Under the pieces are notes generated by a model. The model saw only the letters and a program-made list of their open reading frames with translations. It was not told the origin of the DNA and searched no databases. A stretch of 62,370 bases of DNA, filler included. It is 6 parts of 6 records of this genome, joined end to end, with 100 filler letters (N's around TTAATTAATTAA, not from the genome) between each part and the next. Parts side by side here need not be neighbours in the genome. Positions count along the whole stretch, not along the records: positions 56,826 to 62,370 come from SRR31147125_18543; 5 more parts are not named here. The stretch is one strand, 5' to 3'. This document shows, piece by piece, positions 62,201-62,370 of the stretch; within the stretch, counting starts at the first letter, position 1, and each line of letters opens with the position of its first letter. The position numbers and the translations under genes are program-made.

Positions 62201-62370
62201 TCCTGCCCATCATAGCTGTAATCACTGTATTTGAAATAAGGATAGATCCTGCCAATGTTCGGAATGGGATCCGGATTGTGAAAGGGATAAGTTTTAAACG
62301 TCTGCTTTTCTTCCTCTATGACCGCATTCTGACCAGTCACCATATTGGCGATAGACAGCACAATAAAAAA
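59209..62370 (-). CDS. DUF5107-like domain plus TPR-repeat protein, start beyond the window edge
   Basis: TYPF..PDP, IYPYF, PEIGGKIWGA, RGPWTSGGIEFNFG, PGKKVWLW; many TPRs; frame open to 62370. Confidence 0.82.
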   Translation of the reverse strand, partial: FFIVLSIANMVTGQNAVIEEEKQTFKTYPFHNPDPIPNIGRIYPYFKYSDYSYDGQDHEWNVVRMENPWIKVLVTPEIGGKIWGATEKSTGKPFIYLNKVVKFRNIAMRGPWTSGGIEFNFGSIGHTPTTATPVDYIIQKNDDGSVSCIVGALDLSSRTEWRVKINLPKDKAWFETECFWFNPTPLNTSCYHWMNAAADAEKDLKIIAPGNVHIGHSGDTHPWPVDNNGRNISIYGNNNFGPSKSYHVIGEYTEHFGGYYNNADFGYVNWSLYDDKPGKKVWLWAQSRSGEIWRDLLTDEGNSQYIEFQTGLLLNQAGGGSSKTPFKHANLAPYSNTDWSELWFPVKETGGITNASPYGSLNVTQKKNVLKIALCPIQKLDDDLVVTAAGKSIYSKHLRLDPMDVFLDSLVLTQADANIRVTVGGNKLTFNSADKKDKTLNRPVLMNKDFNWNSAEGLCLAGEELERQRNYAGALAKFRACLGKEPAHCRALTRIAELYYRRAEYATALDYAKKVLAVNAYDAGANFIYGLINTELGQFADAKDGFGWAARSMEFRSAAYTQMARVYTLESDFTKALHYAQRALEYNVHNIEACKSVAIIHRINNNREKAEKTVSKILELDPLNHFARFEHYLLDPDNKNLSAFKTNIRNEIPYETFLELAMTYVNLGQYHDAITVLKNAPDYSSVYYWLAYLYSITESPEQSQMLLTKAEKSSPKLVFPFRQETIPVMKWAKTKNNKDWKAAYYLGLIYWNLGRIDEAKKLFRQCGNEPNYGPFYTSRSQLFKGDSAEQTLKDLIHATQIDKKEWRTWHLLTNHYTSQNRYKEALKSSRYIYKKQSANSLLALDYAKVLLYNNKFKECMDVLEKTIVLPNEGAWQGHALYRQAHLLHAVENMKTRNVKKAVKLVDSAREWPEHLGVGKPYKTDERMEDYVQALCYEKLGKSDEALKRYQNIINFTQDNWTSWGAGHYISALVMQKSGDKQKAGKLLQDWKNARPANDIVVLWSMAKFNGDNTTAQNILKSQTQKKEGTPWNPGGGDRDFPVLLNLLNMMQDE

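Noticed and set aside
186-62255. Numerous 60-190-aa ORFs overlapping confident genes
   Set aside because: Shadow ORFs without SD or recognisable motifs
1-62370. CRISPR arrays, rRNA genes, IS transposases
   Set aside because: No repeat-spacer periodicity, rRNA signature or transposase motif seen by eye

Overview
This window is not one locus. It is six unrelated contigs joined by 100-nt linkers (N44-TTAATTAATTAA-N44 at 7796-7895, 30765-30864, 41775-41874, 49106-49205, 56726-56825); taxa are inferred from gene content only. (1) 1-7795, Bacteroidota: phosphodiesterase, T9SS-secreted PLD, kdsB, sigma54-type AAA regulator, lptE, TPR protein, secG. (2) 7896-30764, Acholeplasma-like Mollicute housekeeping region: aspS, msrA, dCMP deaminase, lspA, rluD, rnhC, mutS2, trxA, truB, ribF, darA, rpsO, LtaS-like protein, pnp, type B RNase P RNA, two CNNM proteins, lepA. 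(3) 30865-41774, AT-rich diderm: three tandem CarO-like beta-barrels, a BioF-like pseudoenzyme, gapN, an MCP and the glnS start. (4) 41875-49105, fragment of a plasmid-prophage or ICE (possibly spirochaetal): an AT-rich HEXXH protein + dCTP deaminase cargo operon, a CI-like/RHH switch, two tRNA-like RNA elements and parA-parB. (5) 49206-56725, Bacteroidota: three precursor-like peptides with a shared Tat-like leader and unrelated tails, followed by a PqqD/RRE-HPr-kinase-like protein and a nucleotidyltransferase (candidate uncharacterised RiPP-like system), then cupin, PAP2, porin, AraC and ilvC. (6) 56826-62370: TonB-dependent receptor end, DUF4249-like lipoprotein, DUF5107-like/TPR protein. 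Apparent single-base deletions in A/T homopolymers break many genes in four contigs, so most frameshifts, and probably the apparent MsrA-deaminase fusion, are likely sequencing artefacts. Best leads: the peptide-kinase-nucleotidyltransferase cluster, the HEXXH-dCTP deaminase module, and the two tRNA-like RNAs.
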